DNA of 64,000 bases from an uncultured Chlorobiaceae bacterium (lineage in GTDB: Bacteria; Bacteroidota; Chlorobiia; Chlorobiales; Chlorobiaceae). Where the stretch lies: NCBI GenBank assembly GCA_903824045.1, contig CAIJVD010000019.1:1758-65757 (forward strand). Reading direction: 5' to 3'. This document shows, piece by piece, positions 40,207 through 50,958 of the stretch. Made by a program: the position numbers and the translations under genes. Within the stretch, counting starts at the first letter, position 1, and the number at the start of each line of letters is the position of its first letter. The notes beneath the pieces are model-generated. The model searched no databases and was not told where the DNA came from. It saw nothing but the letters and a program-made list of their open reading frames with translations.

Positions 40207-40265
40207 GTCATCTCGTCCCGTCCCGACGTGTCGGCAGAGAGATTTCTCTCTGCGTTCGAAATGAC
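40207..40265. repeat. Palindromic repeat family, beta+alpha pair
   Basis: GTCATCTCGTCCCG...TCGGCAGAG / AGATTTCTCTCTGCGTTCGAAATGAC. Confidence 0.8.
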
Positions 40266-40335
40266 AGAGGATGGTTCGAAATGACCGATGTTTTTGTCCT
40301 TGTGGTCTCAGCTGTCCCTTGAGTCCTTTTTCTTT

Positions 40336-40779
40336 TTAAGGCTTGAGTAGCTTGAAGCCGCTTTGCGGGTCAAGCTGGCGGGATGCGCTGTTTTCAGTCA
40401 GCTCGGTCAGTATAATCTCCATCACCAGCCACACCTTCACTCCTCTGCGGATGCATCCGGTGACGGTGTTCTCCTCACGGCCGCAGGCCATGTGCATGTG
40501 AAGAATCGGGTTGCCTTCGTCATCGGGAAAGATGGTTCCGGTTCCCGTGACTTCATGAGCGTCGTAGAGTTCATGGGTCATCGGGTTTATCGGTGTCGAG
40601 CGGCTCTCTTCCGGGCCGACAACAAGAATGCTGCCCTTGTCGGCACCTCCGACAGCAATCAGCGACGCCCTTTCGATCTTTTTCTCCCTGGCGAACTGCT
40701 CAATCGCTTCGTGTACAATCTCTCCGTCTTCAAGCCTGATGACAAAGGTTCTGCCTGCTCCTGCTTCTGAATAGTTCAT
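40336..40779 (-). CDS. PPC/DUF296 domain protein
   Basis: RTFVIRLEDGE, HEVTGTGTI, LHMHMACG. Confidence 0.87.
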   Translation of the reverse strand: MNYSEAGAGRTFVIRLEDGEIVHEAIEQFAREKKIERASLIAVGGADKGSILVVGPEESRSTPINPMTHELYDAHEVTGTGTIFPDDEGNPILHMHMACGREENTVTGCIRRGVKVWLVMEIILTELTENSASRQLDPQSGFKLLKP

Positions 40780-40858
40780 TCCGTCATGGTTTTGATTTTC
40801 GCCCTTTTCAGGGCAATGTAGCAAAACCCTTTTTCTCTCTCAAGCGCCCCTTGCAGTC

Positions 40859-41167
40859 TCAGTTGTCGAAAAACTCTATCTGCAGGTTTTCGTCGGGCTG
40901 CTCGATGAGCACGTACCACCCTTTTCTGGTGATGGAGAGCCCTTTTTTATCGGCAGCAGGAATGATGCTCTCTTCAATGGCCTCAATCTCTTTTTTCGGG
41001 CATTCACGGTTGAAGATAAGGTTCACTGTCGGGCTTTTCTGCTCAAACTGGAGCATGAAGCCGTTGTGGCTGACGAAGACAAGGTCGTCATAGGCATAGG
41101 TGACCTCGTGGCCGAGTTCTTCAAGAAGCTGCATGAGGCTTCCAAGCGGACGTAATGGTTGTTCCAT
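40859..41167 (-). CDS. Hypothetical protein
   Basis: 102-aa ORF 3 nt downstream of the preceding gene; protein-like composition. Confidence 0.7.
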   Translation of the reverse strand: MEQPLRPLGSLMQLLEELGHEVTYAYDDLVFVSHNGFMLQFEQKSPTVNLIFNRECPKKEIEAIEESIIPAADKKGLSITRKGWYVLIEQPDENLQIEFFDN

Positions 41168-41170
41168 GGT

Positions 41171-41623
41171 TCAGTGGTTTGGTTGTATGCATGAAATGCC
41201 GCTGCCGTGAGGGCATGAGCTCAAGTCGCTCATCATGAAGGAGTTCATAACCCCGGCTGCGCCTTCAAGCGGATCAAGAGAGATAATGGTTTTGAGCGTG
41301 GAGGTCTCGAATCCCTGGATGCAATGGCCTTCGACCTTCATAAGGGGCCGTTTAATCAGCAGGGGAGTCTCAATCATCATGTCGAGCGCCTCCTCTCTGG
41401 TGAAAAGATGAGGGTCCACAGCACCACTCTTTATTGATGGTGCCGCAGGATTGAAGCACTCTGCAACAGGCTTCTCTCCGAAATAGAGTTCAAGCTCCGC
41501 CTTCGTCCATGGATAGTCGAGCAGATTCCTTGCTTCGACAGCATGTCCCGCAAGTTCAAGCACGGCCTTCTGTCGGGAGTTGGTCTGGCATCCGGGCTTT
41601 TCGAAAAATACTATGGTGCTCAC
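41171..41623 (-). CDS. ArsC/Spx-like nitrogenase-associated protein
   Basis: FFEKPGCQTNSRQK, WFNPAAP-like CFNPAAPSIKSG, PLLIKRPLM; GTG start. Confidence 0.8.
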   Translation of the reverse strand: MSTIVFFEKPGCQTNSRQKAVLELAGHAVEARNLLDYPWTKAELELYFGEKPVAECFNPAAPSIKSGAVDPHLFTREEALDMMIETPLLIKRPLMKVEGHCIQGFETSTLKTIISLDPLEGAAGVMNSFMMSDLSSCPHGSGISCIQPNH

Positions 41624-41770
41624 TCTGCCTTATATTCTGGTTAATCGACATTTTATCTTCAATATTAAGTTTAATAAAATAATAAACCTAAAATATTCAG
41701 ATAAAATACAGGATACTCGGAATAAAGTAAAGTCTTGCGGTGCCAGCGGGATGAGGCGGCGTCACAAACG

Positions 41771-41812
41771 AAAAAGGAGAGCAGGGGCGATTTCCGCTGC
41801 TCTCCTTTTTTT
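41771..41812 (-). terminator. Bidirectional-type terminator after the SulP gene
   Basis: AAAAAGGAGAGCAG...CTGCTCTCCTTTTT. Confidence 0.8.
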
Positions 41813-41844
41813 CTATCTCTTGTAATAAACTGCTTTTCCGCAGC

Positions 41845-43551
41845 CTACTTTTTCTCTCTCTCGACAGAGGGGGTGAAGTTCTGCATACGACCAAGTTTCT
41901 GAATTCCAAGAAGCTCTCTTGCGTGATCGAGTGCGTCGTCGATATTGCCGAACAGGTTTTCTTCGCCGATTTCGTCATAGAGCCCGTATTGTTGCAGGGC
42001 AAAGAGCGGCTGGGCATGCACGCCCGACAGGATCAGCTTGGTACCGCTTTTATTGCAGTCCTTCTGCATCTCTCTCATCATGTTGAGACCGGTTGCATCG
42101 ATGGAGAGCACTTTTCTCATTCGGATGATCCGTATTTTCGGCGCCTTTTCAACGACATGCATGGCGTCCCTGAACTTGGTTGCCGCCCCGAAGAAAAACG
42201 GTCCGCTGATTTCGAACACTTCCACTCCGTCCGGGACAGCTCTGGTTACAATCGTATTCGGGTCGTCCTCTTCATCCCGGTCTTTGAGTTCCTGGGTGAT
42301 GACACCGACGTTGGAGAGCTGGGCCATGCGCTGCATGAAGAGGATGACCGAGAGCAGCATGCCGATTTCAATGGCCACGGTGAGGTCAAAGATGACGGTG
42401 AGGCCGAATGTTGTGAGCAGCACAATGACGTCACTGCGAGGGCTTTTCAGAAGCTGGCGGAAGACCTTGATTTCGCTCATGTTCCAGGCGACGATAATCA
42501 GGATTGCCGCCAGTGCGGGCATCGGGATAAGCTTCGCCCATCTGCCGAAGAGGAGCATGATGCCGAGAAGCGTCACGGCGTGTATCATGCCTGAGATCGG
42601 AGTTCTTCCGCCGTTCTTGACGTTGGTTGCGGTACGGGCAATTGCGCCGGTGACGGGTATGCCTCCAAAAAGGGGGGTGATGATGTTTGCCGCGCCCTGG
42701 GCAATCAGTTCCATGTTCGACTTGTGTCGGCTCCCGATCATGCCGTCCGAGACAACGGCCGAGAGCAGCGCTTCGATCGCTCCGAGGAGGGCTATCGTTG
42801 TGGCCGGCATCAGCAGGTGGCGGATGGTTGCAAAGTCGAAGGTCGGAAGCGTCGGCGAGGGAATCATCGAAGGGATCTCCCCGAACTGCGATTCGATGGT
42901 AGCTACGCCGAGATGAAAGTAGTGCACGATGAAGGTGGTGACAACAATGGCCACAAGCGAGCCGGGTATTTTCCGGGAGACTTTCGGCCAGAAGATGATG
43001 ATAAAGAGCGCCAGCATGCCGATAAGGAGGCTTGTCGGCTCAAAACTCGGCAGGCTGCGTCCGTAGGCGATCCATTTTTCGATGAAATCAGGCGGGACCT
43101 TGTCGATGCTGAGACCGAAAAAATCCTTCATCTGGCTGGAGAAAATGATAACCGCTATGCCGCTGGTAAAGCCGACAATGACAGGGTAGGGGATGAACTT
43201 GATGAGCGAGCCGAACTGGGCAAATCCCATGATCATGAGTATGACGCCGGCCATGATGGTGGCAAGCAGGAGCCCGTTGATGCCGTACTGCTGGACAATG
43301 CCGAAGAGGATGACGATGAAGGCTCCGGTCGGTCCGCCGATCTGGACTCTGCTTCCGCCGAGAAACGAAACGATGAATCCACCGACAACCGCGCTGATAA
43401 GACCCTTTTCGGGAGAAACACCGGATGCAATGGCAAAGGCGATGGCCAGAGGGAGGGCGACGATGCCGACCAGAACGCCGGAAACAATCTCTTTGGCTAT
43501 CCGATCCGGAGTGAGCTCCGGCAAAATACTGAAGAACTTGGGCTTGAACAT
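41845..43551 (-). CDS. SulP/SLC26 anion permease with STAS domain
   Basis: [31 protein letters not shown]-terminal STAS. Confidence 0.93.
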   Translation of the reverse strand: MFKPKFFSILPELTPDRIAKEIVSGVLVGIVALPLAIAFAIASGVSPEKGLISAVVGGFIVSFLGGSRVQIGGPTGAFIVILFGIVQQYGINGLLLATIMAGVILMIMGFAQFGSLIKFIPYPVIVGFTSGIAVIIFSSQMKDFFGLSIDKVPPDFIEKWIAYGRSLPSFEPTSLLIGMLALFIIIFWPKVSRKIPGSLVAIVVTTFIVHYFHLGVATIESQFGEIPSMIPSPTLPTFDFATIRHLLMPATTIALLGAIEALLSAVVSDGMIGSRHKSNMELIAQGAANIITPLFGGIPVTGAIARTATNVKNGGRTPISGMIHAVTLLGIMLLFGRWAKLIPMPALAAILIIVAWNMSEIKVFRQLLKSPRSDVIVLLTTFGLTVIFDLTVAIEIGMLLSVILFMQRMAQLSNVGVITQELKDRDEEDDPNTIVTRAVPDGVEVFEISGPFFFGAATKFRDAMHVVEKAPKIRIIRMRKVLSIDATGLNMMREMQKDCNKSGTKLILSGVHAQPLFALQQYGLYDEIGEENLFGNIDDALDHARELLGIQKLGRMQNFTPSVEREKK

Positions 43552-43848
43552 GATCGAGTGTCCGAAAAAGAAAAATGAACAGTTTCGCCCTTGTTGGGCG
43601 CGCCCCTCTATATACCCTTTCTGGTGTTTTTTATCAATACAGTGCCCGGATAACATTATTTTTTTCTTGCAATTGCTGGCAGTTGCCTCTATTGGTTTCA
43701 CCCGCGAGCCCCGTAGGGCAGTAAAGAGTTGGCTACGAGCTATAAATTGGGCCTCTTTGCTTGCATTATTGACGGGGCATTGCTACTATTTTCATGGTGG
43801 AACTGTTTGTCTCGAGCATTTTGAAGAAATCAAAGCACAATAACAACT

Positions 43849-44346
43849 ATGGCTACAACGAATCAGAATCTGAAAGAATCATTTGCCGGCGAGAGTCAGG
43901 CGAACCAGAAGTACCTTGCCTTTGCAAAGGAGGCCGAAAAGGCCGGCTTCAGCACCGTGGCGAAACTCTTCCGCACAACCGCCCAAGCCGAAAGGATACA
44001 TGCCGAAGGCCATCTGGCCGCTCTCGGCGGGATCGGTTCAACCGCCGAAAACCTTCAGGCGGCTATCGACGGAGAGACCTTTGAGCATAACGAGATGTAT
44101 CCGCCGATGCTCGCGCAGGCTGAGGCTGACGGTCATCCTGCCAAGCGGATGTTCGCCTTTGCTCTCAAGGCGGAGCAGCAGCATGCCCTGCTCTACAAGC
44201 AAGCACTTGAGGCTGTCCGCAGCGGCAAGGATCTTCCTGAGAGCGCAGTCTGGCTCTGCCCGATCTGCGGTCATGTCGAGCTGGTTAATCCTCCTGAGCA
44301 CTGTCCGATCTGCGGCGCCAAGGCCTCTCAGTTTGTTGAGGTGTAA
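43849..44346 (+). CDS. Rubrerythrin
   Basis: FAGESQA, AERIHA, EQQH diiron ligands; CPICGH...CPICG rubredoxin domain. Confidence 0.93.
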   Translation: MATTNQNLKESFAGESQANQKYLAFAKEAEKAGFSTVAKLFRTTAQAERIHAEGHLAALGGIGSTAENLQAAIDGETFEHNEMYPPMLAQAEADGHPAKRMFAFALKAEQQHALLYKQALEAVRSGKDLPESAVWLCPICGHVELVNPPEHCPICGAKASQFVEV

Positions 44347-44408
44347 GCGCGTTTTCTCCTGCTTGAGGCGGCTCTTTGGGCCGCCTTTTTTTTGCGCGCT
44401 CGGGGTAC

Positions 44409-44696
44409 CTATCCCTCGAAATGCTTTTTTGCTGCGACGAGAAATAGTGCTCCGGCAAGATCGGCGGCAATCCAGAGCTCCCTGCCGAGAGTGAACTCCT
44501 TGATCGGATTGAAGAGCACGGCAAAGAGCAGACAGGCTATGGCAGGGAGATATGCCTTTTTACCGAAGTTCGAGTAAGCCCCCCATGCGAAGGTGCCGAA
44601 TGCGGCTATGATCAGAACTTCATGGAAGTTCCATGGCAGCGGGAGCGCGCCCAGAACGAGCAGCGCCGCCGTGATATAGATGACCTGTAGAGGCAT
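44409..44696 (-). CDS. Small membrane protein (DUF6804-like)
   Basis: Three hydrophobic segments; LFNPI...W...D motif. Confidence 0.65.
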   Translation of the reverse strand: MPLQVIYITAALLVLGALPLPWNFHEVLIIAAFGTFAWGAYSNFGKKAYLPAIACLLFAVLFNPIKEFTLGRELWIAADLAGALFLVAAKKHFEG

Positions 44697-44955
44697 AGTG
44701 AGTCTGTTTTAAGTGATTTGCGCCGCAGGGAAGCAGGCATGTGCGTCATGAATAGTTGGCTTTTCTAACTGCCGTATTGTTCGGTCGTTCGTCGTTTTTT
44801 TAAAATAACTATATCTATACCATCAACTCGCTTTTTACGATACACTTGCCACTCCTCCCTCACCGCTTCGAATTGAAGGGCATCTCCTGGTGCTTATGAA
44901 GAACACTTGATTTTTTGGTATACTCTTTATTCTCGAATACTGTCCGCCTTCCGCT

Positions 44956-45723
44956 ATGCCTATCAAATATGCAAGACGCCTCTCGGGGCGCAAACGTTCG
45001 GTGGAGACAAATCGCCATCTTGGATTTATGCTTGCCTTCGTGGCCGGTGCAACAAATGCCGGCGCATATCTGGCCGTCAAGCTCTACACCTCCCACATGA
45101 CCGGCATGGTTTCCTCAATGGCGGACAATCTTGTTCTTGGAAACAATGATTTTGCGCTCAGTGCATTTGGCGGCGTGGTATCCTTTCTGACCGGGGCGGC
45201 AACGACCGCCTTCATGGTGAATTTCGCCCGACGGCGACACATGCACAGCGAGTTCGCCTTTCCCCTTATGCTTGAAGCTCTCCTGATGCTCTGCTTTGGT
45301 TTACTCGGCTCCCAGCTCTCATTAGTCAAGGGGATGTTTGTGCCGGCGACCGTGATGCTGCTCTGCTTCATGATGGGGCTTCAGAATGCCGTTATCACGA
45401 AGCTCTCAAACGCAGTAATTCGAACGACCCATCTGACCGGCATTATCACCGATCTTGGCATTGAACTCGGCAAGCTGTTTTACTGGAATCGCCATTTACT
45501 GGATGCGAGTGATGACGTTGTAGCCGATCGAGACCGGCTGAACGTGCTCTCGATTCTGACCATCTCCTTCTTTGGAGGAGGGATTTTTGGGGCTCTTGGC
45601 TTCAAATACATCGGCTACGCCATGACCATACCTCTTGCCCTCCTCCTTATCCTATTGGCAGTGGTGCCGGCTATCGACGATTTGAGTGTGTTTCTGCGCA
45701 GATTTTCATCTGCCAAAGAGTAG
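44956..45723 (+). CDS. YoaK/DUF1275 family membrane protein
   Basis: LAFVAGATNA, SHMTG, MGLQNA, RTTHLTG. Confidence 0.88.
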   Translation: MPIKYARRLSGRKRSVETNRHLGFMLAFVAGATNAGAYLAVKLYTSHMTGMVSSMADNLVLGNNDFALSAFGGVVSFLTGAATTAFMVNFARRRHMHSEFAFPLMLEALLMLCFGLLGSQLSLVKGMFVPATVMLLCFMMGLQNAVITKLSNAVIRTTHLTGIITDLGIELGKLFYWNRHLLDASDDVVADRDRLNVLSILTISFFGGGIFGALGFKYIGYAMTIPLALLLILLAVVPAIDDLSVFLRRFSSAKE

Positions 45724-45890
45724 CCTTCTTAGCTAACGCTTCTGATACATGGCTTGCATTATCCTCAATACTAAAGGCTTTGTAAGTTATTGTTATATAA
45801 AGCTGAATGGTGAATTTTTTACATTCAGGTATACAAAGAATTTTCGCCCTCCCTTGATAACGGCCTATTTTCTCTTCAAGCAGCGACGTT

Positions 45891-47645
45891 ATGCATGATT
45901 TCGATTTTCTTGGCGAACTGGTGCTCATCGGAGCTTTTGCCATTGCCATTATCCTGATCTTTCAGCGGATGAAAATTCCGCCGGTCATCGGACTTATTTT
46001 TACCGGCATCCTGCTTGGCCCGTCGGGCATCGGTGCGGTCTATGACCAGAAGCTGATTTCGACGCTGGCCGAGCTGGGAGTGGTGCTTCTTCTCTTCACC
46101 ATAGGCCTCGAGTTTTCGCTCGATGACCTCAGGAAGCTGAAAAAAATTGTGCTGGTTGGCGGGGTAGTCCAGATTCTCATAACCGGCGTGGTCATAAGCT
46201 TTCTGGCCTACTGGTTCATGCTTGCCATCGGCAAGGGGATCACGGCGTCGGCAGCAGGCTTTCTCGGTTTTACCTTTTCGGTGAGCAGTACGGCTATCTG
46301 CCTGAAGATCCTGACTGACCGCGACGAGCTTGCGCTTCCGCACGGCCGGATCGCACTGGGGATCCTGATTTTCCAGGATCTTGCCATCGTGCCGCTCATG
46401 ATCGGCATCAACCTGCTCAATCCCGCTTCTGCTCCCTCCCTGGGAGTGATTGTCAACAAGATCGGCCTGATCGTGCTTTTTGCTGCCGGCATATTCCTCG
46501 GCTTCAGGCTTTTCATGCCGAAAATGGTTCGTATCATTGCTTCCCTGCGTGCCAGGGAGGTGCTGGTGATCGGTGCGCTGGTGATCTGTTTCGGCGCGGC
46601 ATATCTGACTGCGCTGGTTGGTCTCTCTCTTGCCCTCGGCTCTTTTATTGCCGGAATGGTCATTGCCAGTACCGATGAGAGCCACCAGATCAGCATGACG
46701 ATCGACCCCTTCCGTGAGGCTTTCACCAGCATCTTTTTCATCTCGGTCGGGCTTCTGCTCGACGTGAGGGTGATCAATCTTCCCCTTTTCATTGCCATCG
46801 CCATTGTCGTTTTGCTCGTCAAGGGAGTGCTTGTTTCGGGGGTATCGCTCTTCCTCGGCAACTCACCGAGGGTCAGCATGATGGCAGGCATGGCGCTTGC
46901 CCAGATTGGAGAGTTCTCCTTTGTGCTGGCAGGAAGCGGCCTGAAGAACCAGGTGATCGATCACGAGATTTATCAGTCGATGCTTGCCATCATCGTTGTG
47001 ACCATGATTGTGACTCCGGCAATGATTGCCATTGCGCCAAAGTTTGCCGACCAGATGGCCCCGGCGCTTGGCTTTATCCCACTGCCGTCACCGGAACCCT
47101 CAGGGCATGTGGCGCGTCCGCCCGACTCGACCATTATCTGCGCGGGTGAGATTCATGCGGCAATCATAGGGTTTGGTGTCAATGGCCAGAACGTGGCCGC
47201 AGTGCTCCATGCTACCAACATCTCCTACTCCGTGCTGGAGATAGACCGGGAGGTGGTGAAGGTGATGAGGAGAAAGGGGGAACCTATTTTCTATGGGGAC
47301 TGTACGGAGAAAAAATCGCTGCTGCGGGCGGGTATTGATCATGCAAGGGCCGTAGTGCTCGGCATTTCCGATGCCACGGCTGTCAGCAACACCATCGCCA
47401 GGATCCGCGAAATCAACCTGCACGCATTCATTATTGTCAGGGCAAGAAGCTTCGATGATGTGGCGGAGCTCTACAAGGCGGGAGCCGATGTTGTTGTTAC
47501 CGAAAAATTCGAAACCTCAATCCAGATTTTCTCCCAGCTTCTCAACCACTTCACCGTCGATCCGGAACTGATCCTCGAACAGCAGGAGATCATCAGGCGC
47601 GAGTGCGAAAAGATCTTTCTGCTCTCTCCGACTCCTGGCAGATAG
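45891..47645 (+). CDS. CPA2 cation:proton antiporter with TrkA-N domain (KefB/C-like)
   Basis: AELGVVLLLFTIGLE, ILIFQDL, LAQIGEFSF; GFGVNG and YGD in the RCK domain. Confidence 0.9.
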   Translation: MHDFDFLGELVLIGAFAIAIILIFQRMKIPPVIGLIFTGILLGPSGIGAVYDQKLISTLAELGVVLLLFTIGLEFSLDDLRKLKKIVLVGGVVQILITGVVISFLAYWFMLAIGKGITASAAGFLGFTFSVSSTAICLKILTDRDELALPHGRIALGILIFQDLAIVPLMIGINLLNPASAPSLGVIVNKIGLIVLFAAGIFLGFRLFMPKMVRIIASLRAREVLVIGALVICFGAAYLTALVGLSLALGSFIAGMVIASTDESHQISMTIDPFREAFTSIFFISVGLLLDVRVINLPLFIAIAIVVLLVKGVLVSGVSLFLGNSPRVSMMAGMALAQIGEFSFVLAGSGLKNQVIDHEIYQSMLAIIVVTMIVTPAMIAIAPKFADQMAPALGFIPLPSPEPSGHVARPPDSTIICAGEIHAAIIGFGVNGQNVAAVLHATNISYSVLEIDREVVKVMRRKGEPIFYGDCTEKKSLLRAGIDHARAVVLGISDATAVSNTIARIREINLHAFIIVRARSFDDVAELYKAGADVVVTEKFETSIQIFSQLLNHFTVDPELILEQQEIIRRECEKIFLLSPTPGR

Positions 47646-47664
47646 CGCTTGTGAAGGAAACACA

Positions 47665-47698
47665 AAAGCCGGACAGAATTTGAACTCTGTCCGGCTTT
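47665..47698. terminator. Bidirectional terminator
   Basis: AAAGCCGGACAGA...TCTGTCCGGCTTT. Confidence 0.8.
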
Positions 47699-47722
47699 CG
47701 GAAGTGCACTTAGCGGAAGGGA

Positions 47723-47995
47723 TCAGTAGCGATCTCTTCTTGCTGGCCTTTCTTCGCGCGGCTTGGCTTCGTTCACCTTAACCGTGCGTCCGTTCAGATC
47801 CTGCTCGTTCAGAGATTCGATGGCTTCACGGGCTTCGCTGTCGTTAGGCATGTCAACAAATCCAAAACCCTTGGAGCGGCCTGAGAATTTGTCCATGATG
47901 ATGCTTGCGCTGTCGACCTGTCCAAAACGGGAAAATGCATCACGAAGATCATCTTCAGTAACGGAGTAAGCCAGATTTCCAATATAAATATTCAT
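47723..47995 (-). CDS. RRM RNA-binding protein
   Basis: RNP2 IYIGNL; RNP1 KGFGFVDM. Confidence 0.95.
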   Translation of the reverse strand: MNIYIGNLAYSVTEDDLRDAFSRFGQVDSASIIMDKFSGRSKGFGFVDMPNDSEAREAIESLNEQDLNGRTVKVNEAKPREERPARRDRY

Positions 47996-48176
47996 GTTCA
48001 GTCAAATGTATCTCGTGCATTGATAGAAGAAGACACCGGCAAGTAACCAAAGCACAAATTACTTGAGTAGCGATTCAGCCAACCATTGGCTGATTTCAGT
48101 GTGCAGTTTAGCGTAATTATTGTTGGTATCCAACTATTAATATTGCAAAGGCTGGAAATTCTCGCAACCGGCGGGC

Positions 48177-49114
48177 TCAACCCCAATTCCCGGCCTTCAG
48201 GGGCTGCCGGTTGATCAGTTTCATCATGCTTTCGGGATATCGGGCCCCTGCTGCTGCTCCCTTCGGCAGGAGCCTGTCGATCTCTTTTGTTTCGGCCTCA
48301 CTGATCACTACGGAGCCTGCCGCGATGTTCTCCTCAAGGTAGCGCAGATGTTTTGTTCCGGGGATCGGCACAATAGCATCTCCCTGCGCAAGCACCCAGG
48401 CAAGGGCAAGCTGGCCGGGAGTGATCCCTTTTGCGGCAGCAATCGTTCTGATTTTTTCTGCCAGAGCGAGGTTTTTCGTGAAGTTTTCGCCCTGAAAGCG
48501 GGGAGAGTTTCTGCGGTAGTCATCCGCCGGGAAATCGTCCGGACTTTTAAGCTGGCCGGTCAAAAAGCCTCTTCCGAGCGGACTGTAAGCGACAAAGCCG
48601 ATTCCCGGCTCCCGAAGGGTGGCAAGCGTTCCATCCTCCGGCTCACGTGACCAGAGCGAGTACTCACTCTGCAGGGCGCTCAGCGGGTGGAGGCGTGGCT
48701 CCGACGGTCTCTTCGATCGGCATGCTGATAGTAGATGTCGATATGGTCGGTTCCCAGGCGCTTCAGCGAGGCTTCACAGGCCGAACGGACATACTCCGGG
48801 CGTCCGCAGATGCCGGTTACGGGCGCCCAGCCTCCATCGCTTGCCGCGGCGCTGCGCATGATGCCGAACTTGGTGGTAATGATGAGTTTGTTGCGCTTTC
48901 CCTTGATCCCACGCCCGACTTGCTCTTCGTTGGTGAATGCCCCTTACATGTCGGAGGTATCGAGAAAGTTTACCCCAAGCTCGATGGCACGGTGGAGTGT
49001 TGCCATTGATTCCTTTTCATTGCGCACGCCGTAAAAATCGGACATGCCCATACATCCCAGTCCCTGTGCCGAAACGGCGAGGCCTTGTCCTCCAAGCTTT
49101 CTCTGTTCCATCAT
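48177..49114 (-). pseudogene. Aldo/keto reductase pseudogene
   Basis: GLGCMGMS...FLDTSDM then TAA (48944-48946) in place of Tyr; TKFG and DHIDIYYQH follow, then two apparent deletions near 48721 and 48695; then [24 protein letters not shown]. Confidence 0.88.
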
Positions 49115-49278
49115 TACGCGCCTCTTTATTTGCTGCAAAGCTGTTGTCTCATTTATCACGGATTGTCATCCTTGCGGTGGTTTTCTTTTTTTAAGCATAT
49201 TTTTTGGTATTGTAGAGGGTTTGACTGAAAAATATGCTGATGAGCATTTCCCCGCAACCATTAAAGAACCCCTTGACC

Positions 49279-49869
49279 ATGAATGAGCCGAGTGACCTTC
49301 AGGCGCGTCTGGATCTGTCGGAGGAGCGGAACCGAATCAACAATATTGTGGCTGTCAGCGTGGCCCTTCTCTCGGTCTTTATGGCTATCACCAAGGTCAA
49401 GGACGACAATATTGTCCAGACCATGCTTCAGGCCAAATCAGATGCGGTCGACAGCTGGAATGAATACCAGTCAACCAAAATCAAGCACCATCTTGCCGAG
49501 CTCGGCGTGAATCAGGCGAAATCTCAGCAACTCATGGTGCAGGGCAGGGGTCAGGCGGAGCTGGCCATGCAGCAACAGCGCTATGAAAGTGCTATCAGCC
49601 ACTACCAGACCGAGGAGAAAGATCTGTCAACGAAGGCAAAATCGCTGGAAAAGCAATATGATGCCCTCAATTACCGCGATGACCAGTTTGATCTCTCCGA
49701 CGCCACCATCTCCATCTCCCTGGCTCTCCTGGCGGTAACCTCCCTGACCGGCAAGCGAAAGCTCCTTCTGCTGGCATGGATTTTTGCAGGGTTTGGTGTT
49801 GTTATGGGAGTGGCCGGTCTTGTCGGGCTCTCGCTGCACCCCGATCTCCTGGTTAAAATGCTTTCCTGA
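49279..49869 (+). CDS. DUF4337 family membrane protein
   Basis: N-terminal TM, DSWNEYQS motif, two C-terminal TMs. Confidence 0.75.
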   Translation: MNEPSDLQARLDLSEERNRINNIVAVSVALLSVFMAITKVKDDNIVQTMLQAKSDAVDSWNEYQSTKIKHHLAELGVNQAKSQQLMVQGRGQAELAMQQQRYESAISHYQTEEKDLSTKAKSLEKQYDALNYRDDQFDLSDATISISLALLAVTSLTGKRKLLLLAWIFAGFGVVMGVAGLVGLSLHPDLLVKMLS

Positions 49870-49977
49870 ACGGGATGGGTGTGGCCCGCCGCGGAAAGTT
49901 GAGCGGATGATATGTTTTTGTATATTTGTGATAACAGATGAGTCCATACCTCCATACATCATTAGCCGATACACGTT

Positions 49978-50940
49978 ATGGCACCTAACTTTTTACCCCC
50001 GACACAGAAATTCCTCGATTACAAGCAGGAGCTCCTTCGTCTTCAGGCTTCAAGTGACGTCAAGGAGGCCAAGGGTGCTGCCTATGAGCTCTCTCTCCTT
50101 GACCGGAGCAATTTTGTCGAAGTGAACGGCATCGTGCACCACTACCACGATTCCGGGCCCAGGGATGCTGCTGAGACCGTTATACTCATCCATGGATGGG
50201 ACTGCTGGTGGATGTGGTGGCATCATGTCATCAAAACGCTTAATGCCCGGGGGATCCGCACCATCGCCTACGACATGCGCGGCCATGGATGGTCCGACAA
50301 GGATCCGAAAAACCACTATCACATCGACTTTTTTGCCCACGATCTCCATGATCTGGTTCAAAAGCTCGAACTCGGAAAGTTTCATATTGCGGCCTTCTCA
50401 TTCGGTCCCTTCGTGGCGCTCGACTATGCCCGTTCGCATCCGGAGCAGATCCGATCGCTGACCTTTTTCAATTTCGGATACCTGCCGAACAGCCCGTTCA
50501 TCCAGGCATTCTCGACAGCAACGATAACGTTCGTTTTTAACAATCTCCTGCGCAAGCTTTCCTGGTGGGTACCGGCATATGTTTTTGCCAGGGTAGTGCT
50601 GGCGAAGAACCCGATCACGAAGCATGATATCATTATCGGCTTCAGAAGCCTCGCACTCTGCGCGCCCGATGCCATTGACCAGACCACACGCCAGATCACC
50701 TCGTTCGATACCACCGAGTCGGTGCCGGATATGGTAAAGGCGGTCGAGCGGCCAATGCTCTTTGTTGCCGGAGAGGGTGACGCCATCATGACCTGCAAGA
50801 ACACGAAGAAGCTTGTCGACCTGACCAACAAGGGCGCCTATGTCTGTGTTCCGCAGTGCGGACACCTCATTACGGTTGAGCTGCCTGATACGGCCTCACA
50901 GCTCATTATCGGGCAGGTGAAGGCCTATGGCGGAACCTGA
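49978..50940 (+). CDS. Alpha/beta-fold hydrolase
   Basis: LIHGW, YDMRGHGWS, AFSFG elbow, GEGD, CGH. Confidence 0.88.
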   Translation: MAPNFLPPTQKFLDYKQELLRLQASSDVKEAKGAAYELSLLDRSNFVEVNGIVHHYHDSGPRDAAETVILIHGWDCWWMWWHHVIKTLNARGIRTIAYDMRGHGWSDKDPKNHYHIDFFAHDLHDLVQKLELGKFHIAAFSFGPFVALDYARSHPEQIRSLTFFNFGYLPNSPFIQAFSTATITFVFNNLLRKLSWWVPAYVFARVVLAKNPITKHDIIIGFRSLALCAPDAIDQTTRQITSFDTTESVPDMVKAVERPMLFVAGEGDAIMTCKNTKKLVDLTNKGAYVCVPQCGHLITVELPDTASQLIIGQVKAYGGT

Positions 50941-50958
50941 GAGAGTTTGCCTCTGATC

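Noticed and set aside
41720-41745. Sigma-54 promoter before the nitrogenase-associated gene
   Set aside because: TGGCAC is present on the minus strand but no TTGC at the -12 position
44835-44955. Fluoride or other riboswitch before the YoaK gene
   Set aside because: No conserved aptamer nucleotides; only an extended -10 (TGG-TATACT)
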